Assembly: GCF_004010195.1 (NCBI RefSeq)
Contig: NC_057718.1
Location: 42,974,395-43,038,394 of the forward strand
DNA from: Chiloscyllium plagiosum
Taxonomy: Eukaryota
DNA length: 64,000 bases
Reading direction: 5' to 3'
Part shown: positions 12,066 through 26,477 of the stretch, piece by piece
How positions within the stretch are numbered: the stretch's first letter is position 1
Layout: each line of letters begins with the position of its first letter
Program-made: the position numbers and the translations under genes
Notes under the pieces: generated by a model
Databases searched by the model: none
The model's input: the letters and a program-made list of their open reading frames with translations, nothing else
Told to the model about the DNA's origin: nothing

Positions 12066-14242
12066 TGTTAAAAGCTGTTTTGCCGACAGTTTCATCTGAT
12101 AGTATACCATCAAACCAACAGTTCAATGTTCAGAAATCCAGACCATGAACTAACTGCAAGTCAGCACACAGCCAAGTTAATTAACATTAATAGCTTGAAA
12201 GCAGGGGATCCCAACAGAAAGAATTCCCTTAACCTGTTCCAACGTCAAGTTCAACTGCAAACCAACCTCCTAAAAATGCAACTACAAGAATCTCACAGTC
12301 TGCGGAGAATGCTTCGTTTTTCAAAACTCTCACTTCGAATAATCAAATCCATCCAAGAAACTATCTGCCTGTGTTGTGGGAGATCAGAGATTGCATATCA
12401 GAGACTGCAATAATTATAAACTGTAACAGTTAGTTATCCTCAGTTGTATCCTTGCTATGTGCCAGAGTGTGTGAGATGCTTTATTTAATTCGGAGTAAAA
12501 GTTTGCAAATAAAGAACTGTCTTTATTTTGAATTTCAAAAAGCTTGCTGCTGGAATTATTTAATCAGGAAACACACCATGAGTAAGAGTGAAGTATACAT
12601 CTTTCAGCACAAAAGATACTGATCACAGACATCAAGACAAGAGATACATTCTGTCCATGATAAAATATTCAACAATATAACAAACTCAGATTTTTTAAAC
12701 TTTTTAACATACCTGATTTGAAATATTGTTGTTCACAGTATTATTTTGTGTGCGTTTCAGTTCACAGAGTTTATAATTTAAACCAGTGAAAAGGGCACTT
12801 AAGGTTCTGGCAGGAACAACATTACTGTTGAATAAATCAAAATCTCACTATTGACACCTTGTAAAAGACCAAGTGGAGGACTGTCATGGGAAGGATTGTC
12901 ATGCTTTCAGTCCTTCTGCAGAATGGTTCAGTCAATGACACTCATAAAAGAATTACCATAATCCCATGTTACTGATAAGATATCTTCTGTTACTTTCATT
13001 GTGTCTCATTGTAAGCCAGTACATTGTTTGAAAATACAACAGTCTGATTGACTGGACATAGTGCTGTCATGGTCGATTACAGACAATCAGGACTAATTGA
13101 GGATGTCTCTTGGAAGACTCTAGCACAACATGGGTCATCAGCTGATGTTTCCTTTTAACATGTCATAAACGGAAGTGGAGAATTTTACACTATTGACCAC
13201 TGAGTCAATCAATCAATATCTGAGCCAGAACAACAAATTATGAAAGTGAATGGCAAATCCAAAAGCTAAATGTACAATACTAACTAACTAAATATATAAT
13301 TAAAAAGCAATGATGGACTCACTCTAATCTATGTTGCAGAATTGTAGATGATACCATAATCAAAAGCTTTTGCCTTATATTGACTTAAGTTACCAATTTA
13401 TTAGATATTATTGTATTATTACACACAAACATTATTAATGATAAGTATGAATTGTTAATATTTTTCATGTTATTCTTTTCAGCAATTTCAATGATTCAAT
13501 ACTTTAATTGATCTATCATGGAGATGCTTGTATAGTTTGGAATCTGAGTACAGTTCTGATATTTAATGCAATCCTGCTGCATTGTAAGTCTGACAGTGGC
13601 TCCCCTATAACTATCATACAGTAAACTTATCAATGAAACATAAATTGCTGACAAGATAAACATATTGTTACCAGAAATTAATTTGGCTTTCTTTTCAGGA
13701 CCAAACTTGACTAGGCTGATCCAGTTTGGGTCTGTACTGAGAAGTGAAGGGAACAATAACAATCGATGAGAGATTGTTCAAGTGAAGACATAAATATCAG
13801 GCTACTAGTCTCACAGGTAAGGGTCTTCAGGTAAGTCCAATGACTATGGAACATCAATGGGGTGTGAGATGTGGGTGCAGTCATGACTCCGTGGAGTCTG
13901 TGAAAGTCCTGAGCAGACTGTACTTCTCCAGACTCCACAAGGTGTTTTTTTAACAAAATTATTTTTTAATTAATCACCTAAATTAATGATCTGAATGGAC
14001 ACTAATGGTTCCCTATTGGCAAATCACCAATGAGTTTTTCAGTGCAATCCGGCAGGAGTCTATTTTACACAGAGTGAACATTCTTCCTTCAATCATTATC
14101 CAGATGCAAAGTAGAATTGCAATTGTCTGTCTGCGTATCTATCTAACTCACTGTCTCTTCCAGTCTCTTCTACATAGGATCTACCAACAGGAACTATTAT
14201 TCCCTGATCTTTACTGGATAGCTGTCAAGCTATCAATGTTAC

Positions 14243-14478
14243 TGAAATAATTCCACAGAGGCCAGTATTTCATTATCAAGTTACCCTTTATTTACATGTG
14301 CACAGTACATGGACTCTGACCAGCTAGCTCAGAGCCTGTCCCTAGAATGAGGATAATCCCTTACACTCCTGTTTATATCTGTCAGCCCGAACTCTCTGAA
14401 TAGCCCAGGTTAACAGCCTCAATCAGCGAACTCATACTCAATGAGATTCACCTGGCCAACCTCATTCCAATCACTACA
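14243..14478 (-). mobile_element. Solo LTR (236 bp), Gypsy/BEL-type
   Basis: TG...CA termini; identical 5-bp TSD GTTAC at 14238-14242 and 14479-14483; minus strand has TATAAA followed by AATAAA. Confidence 0.9.
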
Positions 14479-14654
14479 GTTACCGTTAAGAAAGAGCTGT
14501 TGGCTGCAGCCAATATATTTTAATTGCTCTGTCTCTTAAAATCATTTTGTGTCCTGGCATCCACGTGTTAATTAGCATGGAATGAAATGTACGTGGTACT
14601 TTCTGAATTGCTGATTGGTCACACACATAAGCTAGCAGTAAAGTTGCAAGTGAT

Positions 14655-14990
14655 GTAACTTTTCCTAATCATACACAGGATATGGCCATCGCTGGCCAGG
14701 CCATCAATTATTACTTGTCCTTGAGACCGAGCTGGTGAGCTGCCTTCCTGAACCGCTGCAGCCCATTTAGTGTAGGTGCACTCAGTAGGGAGGGAGTTCC
14801 AGGACTTTGATCCAGCAACACCAAAGGAACAGCAATGTATTTCCAGGTCAGGACAGTGAGTGACTTGGAGTGGAACTTGCAGCTGCTGCTGTATCCATGT
14901 ATCTCTTGTCATTGCCCTTCAAGGTTGCAGAGGCTATGTGTTTGGAAGGTGCAGTGAAAGAGACTTGTTGAATTCTTACAGTGCATTCTT
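14655..14990 (-). mobile_element. CR1/L2-group LINE 3' end
   Basis: Minus strand ..gggtcaaagtcctggaactccctccct..ggttcaggaaggcagctcacca..ggcctggccagcgatggccatatcc; homologous to 61170-61390. Confidence 0.7.
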
Positions 14991-16487
14991 AAATTATATA
15001 TGTTGTATTAATGCAGAGATTCCAGACCAGAAAGTTAGATGACATTACAACATTTAAAATTTCAGTATATAAGGTTGACCCTAGATCACCCTCAATAGCT
15101 GTTAATACCATTATTATTGTTGCTACTGAGGTTTGATCTACAAAGTCAGTAAGCACAGAACCAAGACCATGTATAAGTCTGAGAACTTATAACAGTGAAT
15201 ATAGCTTTGGTTGTTAATAAACCTCAAGGTATCTGTCTCAGCAAGAACTCAATATTCTAAATATATGTTACATTGGCTAACATATAGGGAAATACTCAAA
15301 CCACATCATTCTGGTAAATGTATTTGACTCAAGAAACTCCATCATCATGGCAGCAAGTGGACACCAGAAGCTGGTAAGAGCTAGTCATTACTAAAGGCTG
15401 AAAATATAATAGCAGGAGTGGTAGGTGTTAAGTGGTTTTTGTGTGAACCTTCATCCATCATCTACCTGTGTTCAGAGTAAAGTTCATATCAGAAAACCAA
15501 GACAGAAGCATCTCAACCTTGATGGATGCAGACCAGTTGTGAGTATACTTTCTCTCTATAACTTTTGAAAAGCCAAAGTGTGTCTTACCCAACAGACAGC
15601 AGTTTTCCAAAACATCCAGGGCAGCTCCGATCTGGCAAATCAATCCTAGGATAAAGCACAGACAAAAATACTGGAAATATATGTTCAATGGATAGTAAAG
15701 TTCCTACCTGTATCCAGATGTCAGTCAATTCCATCACTGCTTTTTCAGAAACGGTGTGGACATATATACATTACGTTATTCAGATATATCATTCTGATTT
15801 TTTGGGGATTTGAACATCACAACTAGGCGCTGCTCAGCTGCAAAACATCACAATAATAAAAAGAAACATATAACTCAGGAAATTTAAATTTCAAAGCGCA
15901 ATTCCCCTGTCTCTGTAATACATCGATAGAGTCCATTAAAGTTGAAGAATTCAAATGTTTCTGACTCAGTGAAGCTTAATAGTTACCAAGGAAAATTTAA
16001 AGGATTAAAAAACTACTCTGATTCCTGCATAACGATCAAGCTGTCCTCTAACTTATGTCTGATCAGCACCTCTGGATCCCCAACTAAATTTCTCTCAATA
16101 TCCGACACCCACTAGAGTGACAGCAAACATTTCCACCATGAAATCATTAATTTTATAAGTTCAATTTTCATGGAATTGTTTAACATTTTATGCATCACGC
16201 TCACTGAAAGTCGATGCTTAAACTGTCCCCTATAATTTAAGGAGAAATGGAGTTGTTTGGAAATTGGGGTGTGCCAGGAAACAAACTTATGTGACGCATT
16301 CATTATGGAGGGAGAAACTCAAGTTAAAACATATGAAAAGTTAGATTGTGAGTCAAAAGGACCAGCTATTCCTTTTGGTCAAGGTACTTAAATTTGAATC
16401 TGTTAGTCAAAATGAGGCATTGAGGAAGAAAGCTCCCGAAATGTGGTGAGGTGCCAGTCAGAAGAAAAAGGTTGTTCCAATGAATTA

Positions 16488-16514
16488 CACACACACACAC
16501 ACACGCACACACAC
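16488..16514. repeat. (CA)n microsatellite
   Basis: Directly visible, one interruption. Confidence 0.95.
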
Positions 16515-16539
16515 GTAACACATCCACTTTGATTCCCCC

Positions 16540-16945
16540 TATTCATTGGTCATTTTCAGTACAACTAACCTATTCTCACCCACGCTTAATCACTTTAACA
16601 CATTACATGGGTTGCTTCCAGCACATCCCATCAATTCGTTCTTACTCTTGGCCTTCATTATCACTTATTCAGCTCATCTTCTGTCTTAGCCTACTATTAT
16701 AATTCCATATCTCTCTCTCTCTGGGGTTCATCTCCAATTATCTCCTCATCTCTCTCTCCACCATCCCAACCCTCTCTTCACCATAAAATACACTTTTCTC
16801 CTTGCTGCTATCAGTTCTGATGAAGAGTCACAAGACTCAAAGTGTTAACTTTCCTCTCTCCCCACAGATGCTATCAGAGCGGCTGAGTTTCTCCAACAAT
16901 TTCTGTTTTTGTTTCAGATCTCCAGCAGCTGCAGCTGTATGTTTG
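16540..16945 (+). mobile_element. Penelope-like 3' region with degenerate hammerhead core
   Basis: Pyrimidine-rich body then tctgatgaagagtcacaagactcaaagtgttaac..cacagatgct..ctgagtttctcc..gtttcagatctccagca. Confidence 0.75.
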
Positions 16946-17129
16946 ATATAATTTCAAGTAGTATCAAAGACTTGTCTAATGAGGCAAATATTCAAGCAAA
17001 TACAATTGGAAGTAGAATATTTCCTGCTTTTAATGTGGTGTAGCTGTCAGACTTCAGCTAAAATGAGTGTGCTATGCTCAGCTGTTCTAAGCAGGGCAGA
17101 GTAAAATGTTGTTTGGATTTCTCCCTTTG

Positions 17130-17660
17130 CGATGGATCATGGAGTCAGGCAGCACAGAACGAGACCAATCAACTTATCTTGCCTGTGCCAACACTCTGAA
17201 CAAAATGGATTTGCTCGAGTGGTGTGATTTTTCTCCATAATGTGGAACTTATTTTTTCTTTTTAATCATGTATACACATGAAACCCCTTAAAACATTATT
17301 CTTAGATCTGTTTCCATATATTTTCAGGCAATACATTCCTGATCATGAAACTCACTGCATAAATCAGTTCTCCAAATCCCACACTTGGCATTTCTTTGTC
17401 AATTGTTTTAAAAATCTACCCTTAGGTTACCAACCCGACTGCCAATGAAAACAATTCCCCCCTTAATATTACACAATCAAAGACGCCTAATATGTTGAAC
17501 TTTTCTCTTAGCTTTATCCTTCTCTGCTCCAAAAAAGACAACCACAGTTTCTTCAGGAACCTTCATTCTTTCAGCATTTTAAAAAATTTCCTCTCCAATT
17601 CCTTGATGTCCTTTGTAAATGTAATGCCTAAAAATGAGCACAATGCTCTCAAACTGAACT
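17130..17660 (-). mobile_element. Old CR1 3' fragment
   Basis: Degenerate similarity to the minus-strand CR1 tails at 26030-26400 and 49170-49730. Confidence 0.45.
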
Positions 17661-20464
17661 TGGAACTACATAAAAGTTTATTGCTTTGTTTTAGTATAAT
17701 TATTTTAAAGTCCACTATGCTCAGTATTTTGTAGAATCTATGATTAACATGAGAGAGGGGCTCAGCTATGTTTCGAGATCTGAAACACCTTTACAATACA
17801 TGTGTTGGACAAGAACTGGCGAAAGTCACCTTTCAGAGTTTAAATGAGGCTTAATTTCAGCTCTTATTTGTGACTGAATATAGGTTTAAGTCTAATTTTG
17901 AACCTACAGTATTAGACTCTTGACCATTCTACCCATATTTTAACACTAATGTGTGTCATTGCCAAATTCAAGCAATTATTATGAGAAACCCATAAAACAG
18001 ATGCAGAGTATAACATTGATGTATATCACAGACAATCACAGATCATCAGGATGAATTTTAAAATGAATTAACCTTTACTGGGTGTGGACCACTGTGCAGT
18101 TCAATCCATACAAGAGTGGTTCTAAAGAAAGCCATTGCTTACCACCATTGTCAACTTCTCCTTCTTCTCATGCATAACAAAATTAAGCCTGCCCTCAATC
18201 TTTACATTTCTCTATACCTTTCATTTCTAGTCTCCCTTCCAGTCTGAAGTCTTAGAACACTTTTTCTATACCAATATTCCTGCCAACTCACTAAAGATTA
18301 TTTTCATTCTGAACATTTGACTGACCCGCTTTCATCAAACAAATCAAGTCAGACACAAGTGACATTTAGGGTGACTGCCACAACAGTGCATTATCCCTTA
18401 TTATCCTGCAGAAACCCCTGTCACCAAACTTTTCAGTCGTCAGTCACACCATTTCTATTACTGCCCCTGCACAATGTTCTTGTCCTTGGGCTCTATCTGC
18501 ATGGTGCCACAAATAGTCTCAGCACAGCTCCACAATTTGTTGTTATTCTGCCCAGGTCACTCCAATGCATCTAATGTGAATCTTCACATTCAAAATCATC
18601 ATATAATCATGATGATTTTCTGCCTCCTTTCTATTCTGCTGACTCCATAGTTCCATTGAGCTGACACTGCAATGTTTAAATATGCAAAGCAAGGTTTCCT
18701 ACCTGTTCACAGATGCCAATTGCAACTTTAATTAGAATTAAGTGAAGCATGTATGGTCCATTCCAGGCATTGAAAGATTGAAACAATGGTCCTTCCACTC
18801 CCACTACCTCTGTTGCCAATTCCAACACCCTCCCGTCACCCCATCTCTAGATTTAACTATTCTGCCATTGTTGGTAAGGCAATCATTCTGAGATTCCTCT
18901 GAGTATGTGTTAACTGTGGCCCCAGATCTCTTGGTTGAGGAACAATGCAATGCCAATTCCTTTCACAGAAAAAGTCCCAGGTGAGCTTTGAGGCAACTCA
19001 GTTCAAATTCCTCATTTTCATCTATAACTGTTAGTATGATGGTGCATCTACTTAATTATACAACTTTATACTTCCTACCTCATCTCTTTCAAATTCAGCC
19101 TAACATCTATTCCTCTCTCCCATGCTTTCATCAGTCTTCGATTATTGTGTTGTAATGGTTCTATGCCACATCTAAGAGCTTGAGGTCAAGACAGGCTGGT
19201 CAAATGAAAGGCAAAGTCAAACAAAAAGCAAGGTCAAGAATTGTATTCAAGATGAAGTTTTTTTCGAAATCTTTTAACTGCAAATGAATACCAGCTATAA
19301 CTACACCTGGTAATCTGAGATGTACCAAGTTCTAATGTTAGATTGCTATGAGATTATTTCTTGAACTCAATCTTCCATCTTCTATCCATCTAACTATCGC
19401 TGTTTCACATTGCTACTAATACGTATAGGATGCATCTCCATGACATCATCTCAAGATTGCTCCAGGGTCCTAAAGCTCTTATATATTAACCATACTCAAG
19501 CTTTCCTCACCTATCACAAATAATGATGAACATATATATATAAATTTTCAATTGGGCTCCTGAAATTATTTATTTTCATAACACTTCCACCACATTTTCC
19601 CCTCATATCTCCCAGTCTTCCCCAAGTCTTTGACTTGAGATCAGAGATTTATTTGATCTGGTGGCCTGACCACACACCCTGAATGGGTAGTAGTTGCATT
19701 AATGTAACAGTGGGAATGTATGGGGAAGTTAGGATGTTGCTTCTTCTTCACCAATAGTATCTGGATCAGGTGATGAAAATATTTCTCTAAGGAAAGAATA
19801 ATATTATTCATCAATGCATTGTTGTTCCCTCTTTTGGTATATGTTTCCATAGTTGTATGATTAACAATAATACATACACGTCATGAATGAAGCTTTGAAC
19901 ATACTCTTCTGAGAGTTGGTACCTGCTACTGAAGTGTGATCTCACCAGTATTTTTCAAATGAAATATTGATTAAAAGCTGCCATGAGGCTGTCAAATGTA
20001 ATTTGTTTCTCAATTATCTCTTACCTACATAAACATGATCTTGCATTCTTCCCAAGTAGCAGAGAAGTATGCTAACCTGTTCTGAATTTGATTTTGTGCT
20101 CAATGCTGAAGCTGTTTAAAATTTTACCAGATGTACTTTTCAACTTGCCAATTTATTAATCTACCAAATGGATTTAAAAGCTTGAATTATTTTGGTGGAA
20201 AAATCAATACTGCTAAATTTAGTTTTCTGACTGATTGTTAAAAGGCACTTAAAGTTGTTGATTATTTTTTTGATTTGGATTAAGATTGTTAAGATTCTTA
20301 TCCGTTTATACTACACATTTTTTTTGTTGTTACATTTTCAGATCATTAAAGTTGTTGAATATTTGTTGCAGCTAAAAGCTGTTAAAGTTTCAACTGTTCT
20401 AAATGCTGTTTATAATGTAAAGCTCAGTTTTTCTTTGCCAATATGAAATCTTCATAGTGCCGCT

Positions 20465-21460
20465 TTTTCTGAGTGGCAAGCAATAACTAGTGAGGTACCA
20501 AGGAATCAGTACTTGGACCTTAGCTTTTCACTATACATAATAATGATTTTAATGAGGGAATTAAATATAATATCATCAGGTTTGCAGATGACACAAAGCT
20601 GGGTAGGAGGGTGAGCGATGAGGAGGATGCAGAGATGCTTAAGCATCATTTGGGCAAGTTGTATGAGTTGACAAATGCATGGTAGATTGAGTATAATGTG
20701 GATAAATGTGAGGTTGTCCACGCTAGTAACAAAAAAGGAAGGCATATCTGAATGTAATAGGTTGGGAAAGGGGAGGTGCAATGAGACCAGGGTATCCTTC
20801 TGCACCAGTCACTGAAAGTAAGCATGCAGGTATAGCAGGCTGTGAAGAAGGCAAATTGCATGTTGGCCTTTGTAACAAGAGGATTCGTGTACAGTATCAG
20901 GGATATCTTTCCACTATCCTGGAGGGCCTTGGTGCGACCACACCTGGAGTATTGTGCGCATTTTAGCCTCCTCTTATCTGAGGAAGAATGTTCTGGCTTT
21001 GGAGGAATTGCAACAAAGATTGACCAGACTGATCCCAAGAATGGCAGGCCTGACATATGAAGACAGATTGAATCGCTTAAGTTGAGGTGGATCTCATAGA
21101 AGCTTGTAAAATTCTGACAGAACAAGATAGGATAAACACATTAAGAATGTGCCCAAAGACCAGGAAGTCCAGATCCGGGGTGACAGTTTAAGGATACGGG
21201 GTAGGCCATTTAAGACTTCCTCACCTAGAGAGTGGTGAGCCTGTGAAATTCTCTACCATAGAAGTTGTTTAAGGCTAAAAGATAGAATATTTTTGAGAAG
21301 GAATCAGATATAGTAATTACGGCTAAAGGAATCAAAGGACATGGGGGAAGACAGGAACAAATAACTGTTGGATAAACTGCCATGATTGTGTTAAATGGCA
21401 GAGCAGGTTGAAAGGGCTGAATGGTCAATTCCTGCATCTATTTTCCATGTTTCTCCATGT
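20465..21460 (+). mobile_element. CR1 LINE ORF2 3' part and UTR
   Basis: tttgcagatgacacaaagctgg (FADDTKL, RT catalytic motif); KKANCMLAFV..RALVRPHLEYCAHF; tail tttccatgtttctccatgt. Confidence 0.9.
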
Positions 21461-21984
21461 GATCTTCAATGCTGTCCCAATTTTCTAGGGAATGGATTCC
21501 ATTGGTGCTATTATCTTTTGTTGCATTGTTTTGTGCCCACATTTAAAAGTTTGGGTTCAAACCGGACTGGTCAAGGATAAGGCAATGTCAAGAACTGCCT
21601 TCAGGCATAATACCTTCAGAAGTCTGTTTATTGCATATTAATACTGAATACAACTAGACAATGGTAATCTGCAATAGGTCAGGCTCTAGCTTACTGCTAC
21701 ATTGTTAAGGGACTATTCCCTAAACTCTATCCAGCTTGCATTGTTTATTGGTCTAACTAAATCCATGCACAATGTACTATTTATGTCTAACGAGCAGCAG
21801 CTCTGTGACATCATCACAAGTTTCTTCTGGGGTCTTAAAGCTCTTCCCCAACAGTTATTTTGTCCACCAATTTGTAACTCTTTTGCCTTGCAATTCCTCT
21901 CCTGACATTGAGATGTATCTTTTAAAACTAACTCCTGCATCATACTCTTGACCATATTACCTAACTTCCCTTCAATACACGTAT

Positions 21985-22135
21985 AAAAGCAAAATACTTC
22001 AAATTGCTGTAATTCTGAAACAAACACAGAGAATGCTGGAGAAACTCAGAAGGTGTGGAAGCATCTGTGAAGAGAGAAAAACAGAGTTAACGTTTCTACA
22101 GAACTTCAGAACAGAAGGGTCATACAGGACTTTCC
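21985..22135 (-). mobile_element. Penelope-like terminus
   Basis: gagaatgctggagaaactcagaagg..gcatctgtgaagagagaaaaacagagttaacgtttc. Confidence 0.75.
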
Positions 22136-23409
22136 TTTCTCTGTGTTTGTTCCCTTCAACACATTTGTGGCCCAACAATCAAAACTGAACGATATATAGA
22201 GATTTTTCTGTATCAGAAATAGTATATAAATATAAGTTGCTGATGTGAAGCAAAGACAAGTGCTTATTCAATTCTACCACAAAGTCTAAAAACAATTAAT
22301 GGTTTGTCCATTATTTCCTCTCTGTCTCTTTCATTTCTCCCATGGTTACAACTTTTTCTTCTCTACCTTTAGCTAGGCTTTCACCATGCATTTTCCAGCA
22401 TTAAACAAATTAATTATCGTATATGGTTACTGATTAATATAGGACTGACTAACCAAACTGCATCAATGTTTTTGTAACTGTAATGATGAAAGTCTTAGAA
22501 ATTTTATTGATTCTTTGTACAAAATCATTCAAGGTCTGGTAGACAAGAAATTGCACACTTCAAGTGCATGGTAAATGTATCAAAGAAAGTAACAGTTAAA
22601 AGAAAGGTTGTGTTTACCCAAAGGTTTCCCCATTTCAGGTATCACTATTGAAGGAGCAGGATTGCCGGTCTGAGTCAAGGAATTTAAAACATTTATTCTA
22701 TTACAGCTATTAAGCCTTAGGCATAAATCATTGGCAGTTCAATAAATAACTCAGTAATGTATTAGTAAGAAAAGAATTCCATTTCAAAAATAGGAAAATA
22801 AAACAAGCCCTATCAATTGTCTCCTCAGTAATCATACTCAGCCTTTAATGGAATAAAGTGTATCTCTTCGTTATAAAATGTGTATTTTTTGGAGGAAATT
22901 TTGTTCCATTTTCACCATATTCCTTAGTCTTCCCAGGCCACCCAGAACAAATAATGAAGCGACAGAGACAGGAGACCTGATCCTTTACCTACTTCTCTTC
23001 AGTTTCGAGCCAGCTTCCAACAAACGGCCGAGAACAGCCTCAGGATGTTGCATTCTATGATATTTTTCTTCCTATAGAGAGGTACTAAAGCTTTGCCACA
23101 ATGTTTGGACTTAAATTGGGGTCACAGGTACAAAATTGAGTGTTCCCTTTCCATGCCACATATGCTGATATTCTAGAATGCCTCATGCTTGGGCTGCACA
23201 CAAAATATCCGTTAAATGTACAGACAATATATAAAATTACTAGAAACCAAATTTTTTTATTTAAAATGAAATGTACTTGATAAATATTTGATAATTTTTT
23301 TTCAGATCAATCATGCTAGCAACGATTATCACAGTTAAGCACTTGATTGTAATGACAAAAATAGTTACAGAAGACATTTAGGCTGTATCATTGAATATAT
23401 CACAGTGAA

Positions 23410-23654
23410 GTGATAGATTTAGGACAGATATCAGGAGTAGTTTCTTTACTCAGAGAGTAGTTGGGGCGTGGAATGTCCTACCTGCAACAGTAGTAGACTC
23501 GCCAATGTTAAGGGCATTTCAATGGGCATTGGACATACATATGGATAATAATGAAACGGTGTAGGTTAGATGGGCATCAGATTAATTTCACAGGTCAGCG
23601 TAATGTCGCAGGCCAAAGGGCCTGTACTGCAATGTAACATTCTATGTTCTATGT
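23410..23654 (+). mobile_element. 5'-truncated CR1 (HER1-like) 3' end
   Basis: tttctttactcagagagtagt..tggaat (FFTQRVV..WN); ..aagggcctgtactg..; (ttctatg)n tail. Confidence 0.85.
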
Positions 23655-24639
23655 GAACAATCTTTAAAAGATTTTTGGCCTATAAAAGTGATTATTTTAA
23701 GTTGGAGCCCATAATAACATGAACTTCACACTTCAAGCTGCAGTGATCTATAATGTTAACATCTATGAATTGTGAAAAAGTGGGCCTGGATTTTCATCCT
23801 TAAAACAAGAGATTTCTCAACTTGGCAGACGTCCTTTGGTAACAATTTCCCCCATACTCCACGTCATCAAGATGAGGTGAGATGAGAGGTGCAGTTGGGT
23901 GTGGGATGAGATCAAAAGTGGCCACAGCATAGTTGAGTGTTGAAGTAAGCTGTTTAAAAAGGCCACTTTGGTCCCATTGTTTACATTTGTTTTAGAAAGT
24001 TCAGCCTTGCCAACTCAGTCACCTCCCCTCCCCACACATCTACCCATTCCATATAACTCAAGCTACTCTTGGGATTCACCCAGTATGTAATCTGTACAGA
24101 ACCCACAAACCGTACAGAAATAATGTAAATTGCTTAAATATACTAATTTGTGATTTTCTTTAAAAAATTGCTATAATCCTATCAAAGTTTCAATCAACCA
24201 GACTTTTAAGTTATCAAGCACAGAAGCTACCAGCATTTGATACCTCTTTATCTTGTGAATATAAACATTGAGCCATTGATAAAACAAGACACAAAAAAAA
24301 GTTGGTTACAACATCATAAATCTGTCAATCAAGTATAACTTTCCTTGTTCATTTTCTCTATTTCCTTTCTAATTGTGTCAACAGAGTAAAATCTTTCATT
24401 GGAGTCTAGGCTCCCAGCCAAGCAATATTATTTCCTTCAAATATCTAAACAATTCCCTATTGAAGTATACTATTAAATCTGTCCCTACCAACAATCAGAA
24501 CTTTCACAACATCATTATATATTTTCATCCAGTGCAATAAATCAATGATCACCACAAGTCTCTTATCTGTCCCGTTACCAATTTTATACCCAGGATGTTA
24601 CTCTCCTTTAAAAACCGAGGAAGGTGATCAAAGTTAAGG

Positions 24640-25200
24640 TATGAAACTTATGGTGGAAACTTGGAGAAAGTGGGCAATTTTACATATGTGGGCTTGTTAA
24701 TGGCAGGCAATGGAAGTATAAAAATAGAAACCAAGAAACAGGTTAGCTTAGGTTGGAGTAATAAAAGTATCATTGACACTGAAAGGAAGAATGTATAAGA
24801 CAGCTGTGAGACTGTCTCATTGTATTCACAGAAACTTGGGAAATATCAAGAAAAAAGGACAAGAGACTCGACACTGATAAAATGCAGATGCTGAGATGGG
24901 CGCATGGAGTAGTTAGAAAGGGCAAATTAAGAAACAGTGCATCAAGAGGTCAGTGAAGATTATGGGAAAATCAATTAGTGGAGAAGAGATTGAAATCTGC
25001 AATGGAGAAAGCCGAATCATAGTGAAGCAATTGATGGAGGTGGGATGGTCAAGAAGAAGAGGAACGTTTATATCCAGAGAGAAAGGTGCCACCATAAGAG
25101 AAACATATGGGATGGAAAGAGGAATGGATGAGTGACAGCAGGAGAACGGTGATGAACCATCATTATGGTGACACAAGTGAAGTGGAAAAAGTCAAAAGAA
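24640..25200 (+). mobile_element. RTE-clade LINE 3' remnant
   Basis: Decayed MYKTAVR..ETW..MQMLRW..G..R...RN..IRG..K..MEVG..RRRG, the RTE ORF C-terminal pattern. Confidence 0.65.
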
Positions 25201-26029
25201 GCAGCAGCTATTATTTCCCTTTTAAGCCTATGTGCTTCAATTTTACTGATAAGTCTGATATGTGATACCTCTAATGCCTTTTGAACGTTTTAATAAGCAA
25301 TATCAACTGCACTGCCCTCATCCAGTCTCAGTATTATCTCATTAAAAAAAATCAAGTTAGTCAAAGATTATTTAGCCTTACTTCCTTCAGCAATCTAGGA
25401 TGAATCCTGACTAGACTGAGAGACTTATCTTTTTTAGAATGGTCAAACTTTCTAGGAATTCCTCTTTATTTTTATCACATACAGCATTCTGGCAACCTAA
25501 AATTTACCACATGCTTTGGAAAGGTCCTCTTCCATGGTAACCTGATGCAAAAGACTAATTTTGCACTCCACAGCTCCTACCTCCATTGATAGCAATCATT
25601 TCTGATCCTTAACTGGTTGCAGTACACTTCTGTAAACCATTCTTTAGTGATATGTCTGTGAAATACACTTGGATACCCTCTTAAGTTCATTGACATTTAT
25701 TCCTGGCCTCTAACTTGTGTCAAAGTGTCAAATATTGGGTGCATTAAACAAAAAAGATAGACAAGTATTATGAATGTTGGTCCAATATCTAAATATGTAA
25801 TAGCATAATGCAAAGTGCAACAATACTATTATTATAAGTAGAACAATTTTGACATTTGCAGAAGACCTGCCTGCTCCCTTACCTATATAATCAGTAATTA
25901 TATGTGTACTTTGAAATTCTGTATTCCAGTGCCATTCTGTCTAACTTCTACCCTGCTTTGTCTTCAAACTTTTACAGCCTAAATAATTAAGATGTTGCTC
26001 AGTAAGTACACTGGCCTTGACATAACAAT

Positions 26030-26400
26030 ATAATAAATAGAAGCAGGAGTAGACCACTCGGCCAATCTGGCCTGTCCCACATTTGTCAAGATCATAGCTG
26101 ATCTGCTGCAGGCCTCAATTCCTCTTTCTTGCCAGTTCATGATAGACCTGAACTCCCCAATATTTCAAAAGTTATCTATCTCCTTTTCAAATACTTCCAG
26201 GGATCAACCTAGCTTCCACAACTGTGAGGTAGTGAATTTCAGATATTCAGTATTCTCTGAAAGAAGAAATGCCTTCACATCTCAGTTTTAAGTGAGTGAC
26301 CTCTTATTTCACAGTCATGTTCCCTTGATGCCACCTAATAAGGATTCCCCACTAATAGAACATCCACGCTGTCAAGCCTCCTCAGAATCTTGTATGTTTA
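26030..26400 (-). mobile_element. CR1 3' fragment
   Basis: gaagcaggagtagaccactcggcc..gatcatagctgatct..gaatttcagatattca..gaagaaatgccttc. Confidence 0.75.
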
Positions 26401-26477
26401 ACATGACATGTATCTCATTGCATATCATTATTAAGAGAGATGAAGACTCTTGTTGCTACTGTGCTTTCACTGTTGCT

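Noticed and set aside
11100..12600. Possible LTR split by the CR1 at 11410-12065
   Set aside because: AATAAA and LTR-like composition, but no TG..CA termini or TSD could be fixed
13699..13830. Plus-strand exon-like segment (ttttcag ... gtaagg/gtaagt)
   Set aside because: Stops in all three frames; at best a non-coding exon with no supporting evidence
15100..16400. Possible very old Gypsy LTR/gag-pol relic
   Set aside because: Only faint resemblance; no diagnostic motif recovered
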